64,000 nucleotides of DNA from Podarcis filfolensis (GCA_964270895.1 OZ185435.1); one strand, 5' to 3'; counted from the first letter of the stretch, positions 46,864-61,436 are shown. The notes: generated by a model not told the origin, from the letters alone. Made by a program: numbers and translations.

Positions 46864-49800
46864 TCCCTGATACAAACCCGTAACAACCACCTGAAGAAGA
46901 GAGCAGCGAGGAGGAAGACTTCCCTACATTAGCTTTCTCTCCTGTTTGTTTTTTATTTGAACACACATTACAAATAATAACTGCACAGAAAAAGTTTTGT
47001 ACAAAAAGAACAATTGTTTATATAAACAGCACTTTTAATATACTATATTATATATTGACATTGTATATTGGCATTGGTTACAACCCTGCACAATCAACTG
47101 CATTCAATTCCTGTTGATGTTAATAGGCCCTAATGCTTTAAAGTGCCAGATTGTGAGCCAATGTATTTTTAGAAACTATATATATATATATGATTTGTGG
47201 TTGGTTGGGTTTTTTAAAGGGCTGCATTCATTTAAAAGTTTGGATGCATGCAATAAAGGCAGGTGGATGTTTTTAGCTTCTTTTTTAAAAAAGGAAGATT
47301 TTTGGAAGCACATAGCATTTAGGTAGGAATAATGAAATCTTTTCCTATTTTTTCAGGGTTTATAATACATTTGTTACTACTGATTATCAGTCAGATAAAA
47401 TTTTACTGAAATATTCAAAATTTCAATGGTTCTGGAATCCCGTGCAAACAGCAAAAGGCAGGTACAAAACATTGCTAATAGTTGTATGTCACTGTCCTTT
47501 TATGATGTAGCTTAGTCCAAGCAAACATTGTCCAGTTACGATTTCAAATATATATTTTTCTCTTTAACTTAGGGTGTGGGCACTGAAATATTTTGAATGT
47601 GATCTGGTTTCTATCCCACTGCAGATGAAGCATCTGTGAACTACAGCGGATTATCATAGAGGTCAATAGAGCCTCTATTCCTACTCCCTCCTTAAGAGCA
47701 AAAACATGACTGGCCATTAAGTGGAATGTGAGATCTGGAGCACCTTTCACTCTTTTTGCCTAAACATGAGTTACTCATGCTCTGAGCTTGAGTAACTTGT
47801 GTCATACAGAGAGGGAGAGCAGGAGGTATGCACAAAACCTCCAATTCCCTATAATAGTTTGTGCAAAGACAAGAAGAGGGAGTGAAGAGAAACTGGTCTT
47901 TTGAGCCCTTTTCTGCACATGGGTGCTGCACCTGAGATGGGACTGGATCACCCATGGAAACTGAAATATGTAAAGTGAGCAATGCAAATATTAATAGAAT
48001 GTATAATTTTACATCTATATTCTTTTTTAATTAATGTTTTCAACAACAAAAAAGCAAAAAATGATTTGCTATCAGTTGTTGTTAACTTTGTATAGTAATT
48101 CAGCTGGTGCCCTCAGTTTTGCTAAAACTTTCAAGTATATTTTCTTGAGTCTTGGACAAAAGGCTGGCACAACTGGAGAGAGAGTTCATGAGATGCTGGT
48201 GGTTTTTTACTTGAAAATGTGTGTGTGTGTGTGTGTGTACTCAACAGTGTGTGCTTTGCAGCAGCCAATGCGCTGTTCATACTGAGTGAATTCAAAATGA
48301 ATTCACACATAATTCAGTGCATTGTCATATTTACTGCGGCATTCTGCTTTAGTGCACTCCTTTTATACAGAAGATACGCAAGAATGATATCAACTCATTT
48401 GAAGTATTTTGTAACAGTGGTGTAAGCCATTAGAACTGCAAGTAGGAGGCCGAGATAGGCTGCCTTTTATTCCCCAGGAGCGGACCTGGGGGAATCCGAT
48501 GTTTCCACAGGCCCACCCACAGGGAGGTGTCCACCTCACAGGCCTGCCATTGATTGGCTGAATTTGGGCAGGCCTGAAACCAAGGTCCAGCCAGTGAGAC
48601 TAGGCCTGGCTGCCTCGCCAGCTGGGAAGCCCCCAACAAACAGGGCTTCCTCCAGAGTGTGGCGCAGCGCATCAAGACCCAGCCACAACACCGCCACACC
48701 CAAAGGGTGAGCGGACTTGTCTTACTGCTGGTCTATATATTACACTTGCTTCATGGACTTTGCTGCAAACCACCTATTCATTTTGAGGACAGCCTACATT
48801 CCATCCCCCACCTACCACTAGGAATATCCAGCAGCAGTGAAGACTCATGAAGATCTCCAAGCAATGTTAGATATGCACATTGTAAGCTGTTCTAGACCTG
48901 CAGGTGCAGAACACTTGCAGTGTAGAGGCTGTCTGAGTGGCCATGCTGTGGAGAGTGTAGTATATAGATTGGCAGCTAGTTGTTGCAGTACTTTGCCATG
49001 ATGCAGAAGTCCTTTCCAGTCTCTTTTCTGAGAAAATGGAGAACTTTGCCTTCTCGTAGATGAAAAAGGGGAAAACCCAATGCTCATGAGGTTCCATAGT
49101 CAGTTACAGGCTTTCTTAGCATTAGCAATTATTAATGAGTTTTACAGTATATGTGGGGTGTGCTGTAGGCATTAAATGTGTGCAGAATTTGTTTAGGATG
49201 TCACTGCCCTGTTAGCCTCCCAGATAAGAGATTTAGACTAACTGGAGATAATGGGTTGTAGCCAGTGAAGTTGTTTTGTTTGTGGAAGGACCTCCACTGG
49301 TGCAATGCACTTCCCTTCCTTTTCCTCTCCCTGTTTCAGAGGGTTGGGGGAGTGTCCAGAAAAGATGGGGAGACATGCAGGAGAAGTAAATGGAGGGGAA
49401 ATTCTGTTGCACTAGCAGAAGTCATTGTGTGAACAGGACTTACTTTGTTTTTGTACAGCAGTTCCCTGCACCGCATGGCAAACTAATGAGGTGATGCTGC
49501 CATTCAGTGAAGTCCTCCTGGGGAGCCTGCAGGTCTTTTGGTATGGTCAGATAATCTCTCTGGATTCTGACCCACACAATTGATTGGGATGGAATGGTCA
49601 AAACAAATGTGACAAATTCAAGTGTTCAGGAAGTGGTGGGTAGGGTTAAGGCTGGATTAATTTGTTAATACTTTGAGAGAAAGAGATGCAGAAGCTAGTC
49701 TGAGGAAGAGATTAGATATGATTACGCTAAAAGCAGGTTTGTGTTAAAGAACTATTTTCTTTTGCAACTTTGTGTTTGTCGACCTGTGTATTCAACCTGT

Positions 49801-50587
49801 ATACTTGTGGGGAAATGACAGGGTAGATCATTTTTCCTACTCATAAATTCTCTCTCTCGAAGACAAACCCACGTGTGTAGTGGCTTTAACCTTTTTTCTC
49901 AAACTCATTCTTGTTATCTGTATCTCTTGAAGTGGTAACAAATGCATTCTAATACAATTCCAGTTTTCCACTTCCTTTTGTTAAGGGCAGTTCAGAGATG
50001 GATTTAGGTATGTCTACTTCAGCAGTTGCCATTTAGCTTGAAGAAAAGTTTCACAAAAAGAAAAGTCCCACCCACCCCCGCCTTTAGTAAGATATTGGGA
50101 AGTTATTTAAAAGTGTTGGATCCAGACTTCGCTTCTCCTGTTGAAGATAGAGATGCTGGAGACAAATTTTGGCAATTCCCTCTGCAGCCCCCAGTGCCCC
50201 CTCACACTGTTCTGGAGGGCTGGGAGACCTTGAGGAGGTAGGAAAAATTGGAAAATGTCACCTGCCTCTTTCTGCTACTGGGATCCATCGGATAGATCAA
50301 AGCCTTCCATATACAGAAGCCTTTCCATCTGTGGAAGGTAAAAGTCTAGATCCAATCCTCAGTCTCCACCTAACTTATTGCTCTTATCAAAAAAGTAACT
50401 GTGATGGTGTTTAAAATTATCAAATAAAAAAAATCTTACTCTATTTTGACTATGCTTGGAAGCTATTCTTGAGAAATGTATTTAGAAAATGCAGTCTATT
50501 TTTTACTAACCGAATACTGCCTGTGTCAAGTCTGTAACATTTTGCCAAAATGAAATTATTTTATTTTTGCCTTTATTAAAATGTAGA

Positions 50588-50665
50588 AATAAATATTTTG
50601 CCAGAAAACATTAATTTAAATAAAATGTAACAGTTTGGGGAAAATGTAAATGTACATATTAAACT
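50588..50665 (+). terminator. Cluster of poly(A) signals, probable distal end of the PLEKHA7 3' UTR
   Basis: AATAAA at 50588 and 50619 plus an ATTAAA near 50658, in AU-rich sequence followed by GT/T-rich sequence. Confidence 0.5.
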
Positions 50666-51199
50666 ATTAACATAACACTGGAACTGCCTTTGGGTGTTCA
50701 GATATGGTTCATCTAATTTGGGCTTGGTTTGGCTTGACTTTTAGTTACTGGTGTTAACTAGCACTGATTGAAGTCCACAGTAAACTCAGTGAGAGGTTTT
50801 CCTGAACAGTAGGATTTGAATCCATCCCTAATACTGTATGTTCATATACAATGCTGTAGTTCTTGGTGAGTGTCTCTAACTCCTGGCTCATTCTTTATCA
50901 CCACATCATAGAGATTGGACTGCTGGAAGAGAAGGTGATTCCATAATACAAAATAGCATTTTGGTGCAGTAAATTGGATTTGGATGTAGGAGCCCCAGAT
51001 AGAGCCTTGCTGAATGGTCTTGGGCAATTCACAGGATGGCTAAGTGCATACAACAGGATATGCTATAATTTACACTGAGCTTTCGGGAGTTCCAGAGTGG
51101 CTTTTGGGTTGGTTGCAGATACAACTGAATGTATCACTGGTTATATTTGTTCAAGTATAATCCTATACTGTCAAGCTGTTGTTTCTCTGTTCTTGGTCA

Positions 51200-51900
51200 C
51201 TGTGGCGCTAAATAAATTGCCCTGAACCCTGGCATACCCAGAGGTAAGTTGTGATAGTGCACACAGTCCCAAGGGCAACGCTAGATAGGCAGACAGTCCA
51301 AATGGTCAAATACAGGTCCAAGTCCAATGCAAAGAGCAAGTTCCAAAGTCAAACCATCAGGCTAGGTTCCCGCCTTTGCAGAAGATCCAGGGTTGGAACA
51401 CCTGGGGGTCAGTCCAAAAATCACAGTCCAAAAGCTGCCAAGCTCTGGCCCATCAGCAGAGAGAGCTGAGCAGACACAGAGGCTTTTGCCTTGCTTCCCT
51501 TTTATCCTTCTCAATCTTGATTGCTGCATCTGTGTTTGCTCCAGCTGAGCAGCTGGGCCTCTCCACTTGACGAGGCATGTGATCCTGCACTGAGCCTGAT
51601 GCAGCTGAGGGACCACAAACCTCCTCCCAGACCTAACGAACCTCATAGTCCTCACCTGCTCCACTAGTGTCCTGGGCTGGGTTCCCTTGCCTGCCTCAGT
51701 CTCCTAGAGGGCACCTTCCTCTGGCTTCCATGAACTGCCAGCTGCCCCTTCGATGTCCTCCAATGTCCTGTGAGTACCTCCTAAGTCCCCAACCTCACCT
51801 TCCCTGTCTTCCTCTTGTCCCAGTTTGTGTCAGTCGTGGCTACACGCCTCATCGGTATCCTCCTCCCCTTCCTCAGTGTCCTGCCAGTTTGTGGCATAAA
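51200..51900. repeat. Possible solo LTR or other unclassified repeat
   Basis: GC-rich block with reiterated gtccaa motifs and tgtggc...gctaca ends; no TSD found. Confidence 0.3.
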
Positions 51901-54900
51901 TACTTAGTATGCATCCACAATAATTGTTTTTGAATTATTGTGTTAATTTTCTGGAAGATGTGAAACTTTGCACTGCAGCATTCTGTTCCAGGGTGCATAT
52001 CAGTCTTCCCCTACTTTTCTTGTACTTATCAGTAACACACACTTGTGCATGTGAATACGGTAATTGCTAGAGTCATACCAGGCATAGTTTTAGAATACAA
52101 ACCTGCAAATGTGTTATCTGATGCTTAACAGAGTAATCTTATACTCAGATGTAAGGGTGAGTTCAATGGGGCTTGTTCCCATGTGAATAAGGTTGCAGTC
52201 CAAGACTGCATCACAGGAAAGTACTTTATTGTGTCTAAAACCCATAAAATTTGCTTTAAATAGCCTTACTTCAGCCTAAACATTGCTGCTTTTCTAAGTT
52301 GCAAATATATTTTCTCATCTACCATCTTTTTGACACTTGATTTAATGTGAATTTTAAATAGTTAGAATAACCGTGCATATTGTGTATACAGAAACTTGTC
52401 AGTCTTCATTTGTAATTGTGGCAATGTGTTACACAGACACTCTTGTCCTGTAATAGGCATAAGGCATTAACCAAAGAAATGTCTGGCAAGGCAACCGGTT
52501 GGAATTTTAAATACGTCAGTAGCAAGGGACCCACATCCAAGTTGCACAATGTCTTGCTTCACACTGTGGATAATTCTGACTTTGATCAAACTCAGAACTG
52601 TTGAATGCCACAATATGAATGAGAAGACCGCTTTATTTGAGAACTAGGTATGCGTGTAAATGTTGTTACCATTAAAAATCCAGAGGTGGTGAAGGGAAGC
52701 TCAAAGTTAAGCTTCTTAGAAAATATTCTCTGTTTTATAGTGCCATCAGGTGAAACTTAAATTAAACTGGACAATCCAGCCGTGGGAATTCTGTGCCATG
52801 ACACTGCAAGCTCACAATCCAAAGGGCAACAGCAGGATACATTCCCTGGGCTAATGAGCCAAATATATCATAATGCTTCCCCAAAACTGGTCAAAGTTAG
52901 CAATGGATATTACCTCAGTGGAACTTCCTTACCCTCTCTTCTAATGATTCCGCTCCAGATCTGCTCTCAAGCGTTGGGGGGAAAACACAAAACAAATTTA
53001 GGGTGTTTGTGAGAAGAGGAATTTTTGTTGAATACCTGATGATAGATTTTTTAAGCCCCATTGCTTTCAATGAGTGTTAGGCAGCAATCCAAAGTCCTGC
53101 CCAGCCGGAGTAGGGCGTAATGTAGCAGTGTAATGATCACTGCATCCACAGCCCAACCACTCGCAGCAGCCAGGGTGGAAATTGGGGAGGGTATGAAAAA
53201 GTGCCTCTTTGCTATTCTGCCTCCTAGCTTGGTACAGACTCCGATTGGCCCTCCTCTCTTTCTTTCACCTGGCATAGGTCATGGCCCAGGCAGTTTCTGC
53301 ATTGAAACCAAGTACAATGGTCATCCAGATGGTCAGTCTTATCCAATATATTCTTTAGTGCCTTACCCAAAAGAGTCTGTAGTTATAAGAATACTTGGGG
53401 TCCAAAGATGCTTTTCAAGAGCTGACTAAAATTCTCCATCAGTCGAGTCATAGCTACCTATCCCCTCTTCCAATGGCCATCTTTTACTGTTAGGAAAAGC
53501 TTTATTTGGCCCAACGCCAACTCAAAGGACCTACAGAGTTCAGAAGCACACAGCAAATTCTTGAAGTATTTTCCTGTTTCCCATCCACTCACAATTTCAC
53601 CCACTTGCGAGATTGGAGAAAAGTTGTTTAGCGTTTGCAGAAACTTTCTGGCGCTTGCTCACTCCCCTCAGAATTTTCTATCTGTCGTTGCTTTTCTTAA
53701 ATATACTTTGTGAGTTATGGGACCCCCAGTTACTACCATTAGTGTCTCTTATTTACACGTAGTCCAGGTTCAGACTAATGTGTACTGCTACTTAATGGTT
53801 CTTGTTTCCACCTATTAGCAACAATATGCTACTGGAACTATGGACAGTAACACTTGTGGCTTTGATCATTGTTAACTATGGTAAATGAGTTCCCGGTTCT
53901 CTCTAGCATGTGTGCCAGTCCCAGGAAAACAATATTAATATTAATATTACAGGTTTCAAAATAAACAGCGAATGTATTGATAGTTAATAGGTTAGCTTCA
54001 CCCAGGATTTTTTTCTCACTTGAATGGCTTTCTCAAAAAATGTGTGTGTGTGACTTTCATAGCAATTTATTTTGTACACTTGAGAGATAGTATCAGTACT
54101 AAGACACAAACTTCAGATGTTGGAAAGGCATGCTTTTGAGGCTCCAGTTCTCTGATTTCTGTTTGTCTTTCTGTATTTGAAAACATTTGCTAATGCAGTT
54201 TGTGTCTGAATTACATAGTTATAAGAAGTACAGAGGAGGCATGGAAAAATTGCTGTATGTTTTTGCCCAATATGCATTGCTATTGGTTGGTTAGCTGCAT
54301 TCAAAAGGCTAAGACTTTTATTGCCTACTAGTGAAAGCAACCTTTCTTCATAGTGGAACAGTACAAAGGAAGAGCACAAAATGTACATACATCACAGTGC
54401 CTGGAATTCTGTTTGAACAAGTGTATTGATTGGGTCTGACCTCTTTACACTTTTTTCCATTATTTGAAAAGGTGCATCTAAGTGTAGCTGAATTGAACCA
54501 ACTGAGATGAACTTTCCATGAAAACTTCTTGAGATATTTCTTTTAGTTCAAAGCTTTGGGATTTTTAAAGGGCATTTTTAATACAGTTTGTTGAGGTGTT
54601 CTGCACTGCAGCCACACTTTGAATGTTTTAAACTACAGGTAAGTCTGAGAAGAAGGAAGAAAACTGAGGTGTTGCAGGAGTATCATGGTATGGAGAAATA
54701 GTAACCTTTTGGCCTATGGAATAAATAAAAATGTCAAATAATGCTTTGAGAGAGAACTTTATACTCCTATGTGCCACATTAGCATGCTGCTTTGGAATCA
54801 CAGAAAGGTATCTGAAAGAGATCAGCCACTCCAATTGACTATTTTGACAGCTAAACAATTCATGACATGCTTGTACTGAACTTTCCTCAAATATCTCTTA

Positions 54901-57900
54901 ACAACAGATTTCACGACGGCTGGAGCGAATGTTCTTCATGGCCCATTTAGTTAGCCAGTGAGCTACACTGAGTCTCATAAAGGCACAAGACAAAGGAGAA
55001 AAGCATTTTAACATGTCTGATTTATTTAAATAAGAAGCAAGAAAAAAACGAAAAACTAAAAAATATGTTAAAATTGGAATGTGAATTAATAGCACCCCCA
55101 TTTTTCAGTGTACCGGAAAGGAGTAAGAATGGAGATATGGAGGGGAAATGTGGAGTCTTTGCAAAAAGTGTCTCTTAAGTTGCTAACAAAGATATTCAAT
55201 ATGTCAGGTGGTTCTTGCTAGCATGGTAATTACCCATAATCAAAATATCCATGTTTTTGATATGACAAACTACATGGGGCAGTGGCTCTGTGGTACAGCC
55301 ATAGTTCATGGGTAACATAAATCAGATAAAAGGGCAAACATAAGAATGAACTGTGTCAGTCCCTGAGGTTTGTGTTTTGTTCTGGGGAAATCTTATGTTT
55401 GCTTTGGGCATATTTATGTGGGAAAGCATACAAATGGAAATAGTAATAATGATGATGATGTTGTTACTCTGATCCATATAGCTGAAGGTATCAATCAGTG
55501 AAGTTGGTAATTCTTAGCTAATGTCAGTAGGATGCCTGTTTGTGTGAAGCTAGTATTTGGAGCAGGGAAGCCAGTGTCATGCCCTCCAGATATTATGGAC
55601 AAGTCCCATAATTCCTGACTATGGGCCATGCTTTCTTGGGCTGATTGGAGTTAGAGGAAATTCATTTTGTCTTCTTTTGGTTTTATAACAAAGCAGAACA
55701 AGGGAGGTACAGCAATAATAGCCCAGAGGTTGCTCCAGCCCATCAGGCCCCTATGGACAGGAACATAGAGGAGCCAAGGCTGCAGGCAAAGATGCCACAG
55801 CCTGATCAAAGTCCACTTCCCCAACAGAGCTATCTTCCATCAACTGCCCAATGCAAAATAACAAGGTAAAAAGGCAAGAATATAAATAAAACTCATCTGT
55901 ATCAACTGGACTGTTCCACAGAGCCAGCTGTGGTGCAGAAAGCACCCTAAAAACGTATTGTGTGCGCGCTGAGAGGTAGGTCCTGAAGAATCCACAAAAG
56001 CAAGTCAAGGAGGGCTGCATTCTCAGTGGCGATGGAATGGTGACAGATTGTTGGGGTGGGGGAATAGCATACACTGAATGGAAGATGATTCAGGTCTCAC
56101 TTGGAACAAGCTAAAAGCAAATTCATTTCCCAAGAGCTTAGCCTTATGTAGCCAAAACACCACCACAACCCCTACAAACAAGGCGGTGTCAACAACCTCA
56201 GACCCCAAAGAATACAGTAATGCCAAAAAAACCACACACAAAAACCACAACCCAAGGGATCAATGCTTTAAGAAGGGGGAGGGAAAACAGAGGATCAAAA
56301 ACAAAAACACACACTCTGAAATAGCCCCTTAAGTACCCAGTATGCTCACTGGCATGGAATACTGTCTGTTTGGGGGTGGGGTTGAAATCCAGAAAGGGGA
56401 GGGAACTGAATGAAGTAAACTGGAACATGCAGGGTATGGCTGGTTGACTGGAACCCTTCATAACACACTATGCTGCACCATTTTGTACAGGCCTACTTGC
56501 ATTGTTCTATTGTGATGTTATTACTGTTATTTTTATGTTACTTGGAAGTAGCCTTGGAAAGAATTTGTATTCCAAAGTGCAGAATAATTATAAGAGCTAA
56601 ACTTTCAAACAGCCTAAACAGTTTGAAACAAATGAGTGACACAACCATCATTACTTTGCAACTAGTTTCAGTAATTCTTTTTTTTAAAAAAATAAAAAAA
56701 CCACCTAATATAAAACCAGACTAATTACTATAATATCTATTTATCTAATATATAGTATAATATATTTTCATAGAATGTACTGTGAAATAATGGATGGGGA
56801 AGATTCTTAAGACCACAGATTACGTATTATTCCTAACACTTTTCCCTGTGGCCTTAGCTATAAACCTTTTTTTCAATTCTATGTCATCCTTCTGACCTCA
56901 AGTATATCTTCAATGTGACTATCAAGGTGGGTCAATAACTGTATAAAGTGAGCCACATATTTATCAAATGCCATATGCAAAGGACTTTTAAGATTCAGGG
57001 GAAAGTCTGATAAAAGTAGATTGCTTTTTCATACCACCTGGCCTTTCCATGTTTCCTGAACACTTGGTTCCTACTTCAAGTTTCTCCTGACAGTTCATAA
57101 GGACTCAAAGCAAACCATGATGTGAAGCTTTGATTATGAAGCCTACCAGTGGTGCCGAGTCTCTTTGTCTGCTACATTTTATAGAGGCAGCTTCAGTGCA
57201 TAATTTAATCTCTTCTGGGGACTAGCATATCCACAGGAGATTTCCATGGAGCAGTCCTCCTGCCATGAGAACTAACGTGTGCATACAATCTTTTGATGTG
57301 AATTCCCCAACCCTAGCCTTAGAACGACCTGTGGCTTTGATGCTGCCCTAAAATTGTGCTTTCTGAAATAAAACTTTTTGAGGATCCTTAGGAACAGTAG
57401 ATAGAAAATTCTAGAAATGTTGTGTGAAGTCAGAGCACCTTCTAAAACCCTTCCTTTTTGACCACAGGGTCTCCTTCACAGTGAGAACATGTTTTCCCTT
57501 GGCAATTGGAAGCCTTTCTTCCTTCCTTTCTTTTAACTGAGATACTTCTCTTGGGAGTGAGAATGCTGAGAAAATTAGGTAAATCTGTATCTGGACTGTA
57601 GTCCTCCACACTAGGTTCAGTAAAATGACAGAGGCAGCCAATTATAATTGTTATATTTTTACTGCCAGGAGGAGGAAGAGGTGCTTGTAAGATTCTCAGC
57701 CTCTGTACCAAATTAACTTGATCTGTCTTGATTACTATGTATTATGGCAGGGAAAAGGCATTTGCTGCACTGCCCCAGGCAACAAATTGTTTCAGGCCAG
57801 CCCTGACTGAAGTCTCCCCTAAACAGGATTCATTCACTCCCATCTCGAGACTAGCTAGAAACCCAGCTTGAGTTCACCAAGAAAAATAAGAACCAGAAAG

Positions 57901-58540
57901 TTTGAAAATCAGTTGTCAGCAACTTCCAGCACGGGGACAGGCAAAGCAAAAAAGAAATTCCATGAGAGGTCAAATTAAAAACTAAAATGTTTTGGAATCA
58001 AAAAGATAAAAATTATTCAGCCAGTAAAAATTCAGGACTTGCAATGCTGCTTGTAGACAGTATCTTCAAGAGTAACTTGAAATTTTTAAACAACTCATTC
58101 ATAAAATGAGAACTCTTCTCAATCATAATTTGTCATCTTTGGTTGCTTGATTTATTTCTATTTTCTTACTATTTAAATAGGAATAAAATTCAGAGAGTGA
58201 TAAGGAGTGAAAAACACTAAAACAGCATCATTAGTGCTATTTGAAGTTAGGGATAGTTTGTTTTTTTCTGATTGTTGAGGGGCAGGGAGACACATTTCTT
58301 TCCCTACGATTGTTGTTTGAAGGCTTGAAAGACATTCTTTATTCATCTTGAAAATGGAGAAAGGCACCCAGAACAAAGGGTGAATTAGATAAGCAGCACT
58401 AACCATGAATAATCAGTTCTCATTTTATGCCAGAAATACGTGCTTCAACTTAGTTTTTCAGACTACAGCCACTTTAATCCTTGATGTGAACAGCTCCTTC
58501 AACAAACACCCCTTTTAGTTCTGTCACTTTACCTACAGTA

Positions 58541-58785
58541 CAGTCATACCTCGGGTTACAGACGCTTCAGGTTGCGTTTTTTCGGGTTATGGACCCGCCG
58601 CAACCCAGAAGTACCGGAATGGGTTACTTCTGGGTTTCGGCGGTCGTGCATGCGCAGAAGCGCTAAATCGCGCTTTGCGCATACAAAGAAGCGCTGAATC
58701 ACAACCTGCGCGTGTGCAGACGTGCCGCTGCGGGTTGCAAACATGCCTCCTGCACGGATCACGTTCGCAACCCGAGCATCCACTG
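58541..58785. mobile_element. Tc1/mariner MITE, CpG-rich subfamily
   Basis: TA|cagtcatacctcgggtt ... aacccgagcatccactg|TA. Confidence 0.82.
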
Positions 58786-59005
58786 TACTTTCTGTAAAAC
58801 ACTGGATGGGTATAACTCATTTGGAAGAACCACAGCAACAGCATCAAACTCTCTTTGCAGGCTCTAGCTGGAATGGTTATGCAAAATCAATATAATGTAG
58901 GTAAAAGACGAAAACAGTATCAAGTTCTGAGGAAAAATGGTTTCACACTGAAACCAAGCAAAAATGATTCCAATGTACCACTAATTAAAATGCATAATTT
59001 AGATA

Positions 59006-59213
59006 CAGTGGTACCTCGGGTTACATACGCTTCAGGTTACATACTCTGCTAACCCAGCAATAGTACCTCGGGTTAAGAACTTTACCTCAGGATGAGAACA
59101 GAAATCACGCGGAAGCGGGAGGCTCCATTAGCTAAAGTGGTGCTTCAGGTTAAGAACAGTTTCGGGTTAAGAACAGACCTCCGGAACAAATTTAAGTACC
59201 TGAGGTACCACTG
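59006..59213. mobile_element. Tc1/mariner MITE
   Basis: TA|cagtggtacctcgggtt ... cctgaggtaccactg|TA. Confidence 0.88.
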
Positions 59214-59854
59214 TAAACATAGTTGTTAGTTAATGTACTTAAGAGAAAATTGAGGCAGGTTGTTTTTACTGGAGTCCTGAAACTTTTCACATTCAGGTAC
59301 CTACTCTCCTTTCAACCCACTCTGTTGAAGTCTCCTTAACCATTTCAGGGTTTCTGCCAGTGAAGCTTTAAAGATCAATAACGTATACACAGATACAACA
59401 CAGTTAACTTACAAATGTGTATGTTAAGGTTACTCCCCTCACTGAATATTTTGTCTGTTAATTCCTTATCCAAACTTCCTTTGGCTAATCAGTTTCTCTC
59501 TCATACATGCATCTCTTTCTCTCTCTTTCACATGCATGCACAGCTCTAATATTAGAAGTCCACCACAGTAAAAGCCAGTGCTGGGCACATCCTAAAATGC
59601 TGTTCCCTTTTGGGATGCCAGCAAGACAAAGGAGCTCCAATTCTCCCTTTTTAATAATTATATCATTCAAAACACAAACTGTGTGCTGCTTTAAAAAATA
59701 AACCACACTTAAAGACATCAAGTATCATTTCGATAAATCATTTTAACAAGCTTAAGAAAGGTTTGATAGCCATCATGGAATAGGAAGGGGGACAGAAGAA
59801 TAATGTAAAAGGGGATCGAGAACTAACTTGCACCCTCCCCACAACCAGCCCAAT

Positions 59855-59860
59855 TTTATT
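59855..59860 (-). terminator. Candidate AATAAA poly(A) signal of C11orf58
   Basis: tttatt on the + strand, about 200 nt past the stop. Confidence 0.45.
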
Positions 59861-60055
59861 TTCATACTTTACAAAACAAAATGGATACAGTCATGCTGAT
59901 AAAAATAGTTTCATGGCGATGGAAAAGCAAACACTATTCTCTCTCTAAAAGGGCCTTATTCAAACCATAATAGAAAGGTCTGTGCTGTGAGCAGTCCAAT
60001 ACTTTGCACTGTAACCATAAGGCTTACTTTGCTTAAAGGCAGATTTGATCTGTAG

Positions 60056-60259
<204 letters not shown>

Positions 60260-60742
60260 CTAAAAGAAAAATTCAGATTACAGAAAATGCAAAAACTTCC
60301 CGTCCCTTTTTTTAAAAGTCATACTGAAAAATGGATGTTTCAACGTAACAAACAAAGCCCATGTACAAAACCCATGTGAAATCATCTTGATGAGCTTTTA
60401 CATCTTGGCTGAGTCCTGGAAGACCTTACAGGCCTTTCCCACCTGGCCCTGATTTGACTCCAGCTACAAAAGCTGAGGCTGATGAACAGCATTTCTATTC
60501 ATGTTGTAAGCCGCCTTGAGCCGGGTTCAAACTATGGAAAGGCAGCATACAAATAAAATGATGGATGTATCATTAAGGAAACAAAGCAGCCACGTTAGGC
60601 CCCTTCACATAGCAAAATTTTGAAGTATGCTACAGCGCAATATACACGCACTCAGAATCCCATGTAAGCAGGTAGAGGGTTACAGCCTCGTTTCACCAGA
60701 GATAAGCCCCTAGCCATGCAAAATCAGGCATTTGCTCTAAGC

Positions 60743-61078
60743 TAGGGATGGCCAACTTCTGCATTTTGGAAGCCACCAGACTTAACACAGAATGTTTCGT
60801 TGCGCAACCTAACTAAAGAGTGATCAATCAAGCTTCACGATGAAGTTATGGAATAGGCAAGAGCGCCAGAGCAAATGGGAAAATGTGCATTTTGGCATGG
60901 CGAAGGCATTACAAACAAAACCCAAAGAAAGTGTGGCAAAATGTTGAAAACCATTTCTTCCTGCCTTGCGAGTAAAACTTTGGGCAAAACCTTTTACCAC
61001 AAAAAGGTAAGAATTTGGCACAGCTCCAAAGGTCAAGTAAAGTAGTTTTGTGGGCTTGATTTGAGTTAGCCATCCCTG
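60743..61078. mobile_element. hAT-type MITE, 336 bp, in a C11orf58 intron
   Basis: TIRs tagggatggccaac / gttagccatccctg and a perfect 8-bp TSD CTCTAAGC. Confidence 0.85.
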
Positions 61079-61436
61079 CTCTAAGCTGTATCTTCTTATG
61101 AATTCAAGGCAGAAGCAAGGGAATGCTGTGGTGATACTAAATTATAATGCCTCGTCGTAAATGTGGGAAAACCTCCAGCCCTCTGGACCTCCTACAATTC
61201 CAGTGGGCAAAGTTTACAGACTGCAGCAGCTGACTACACTGGCCCATTGGCAAAAATACAGCAGTTGTAAGGTGTGGCCTGAGTTCAGCAGACAGTGGCC
61301 TAAGGAATGGATAGGCTTGTGTGTGTGCCATGCGACAGTTTGACATACTTAAGCAGCATCCACTGTACAAAACTGTGCTTCTGTTGTGTTGTCTGTGTGT
61401 TTGGCTTCTAGAGAAACACAACTTCTTGAGTCACTA

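Noticed and set aside
55334-55402. 12-bp inverted repeat gcaaacataaga / tcttatgtttgc
   Set aside because: Short arms with a 45-nt spacer; typical decayed MITE remnant.
55645-56461. Dense ORF cluster in the intergenic gap
   Set aside because: Low-complexity A/C-rich sequence plus a decayed MITE; no homology recognised.
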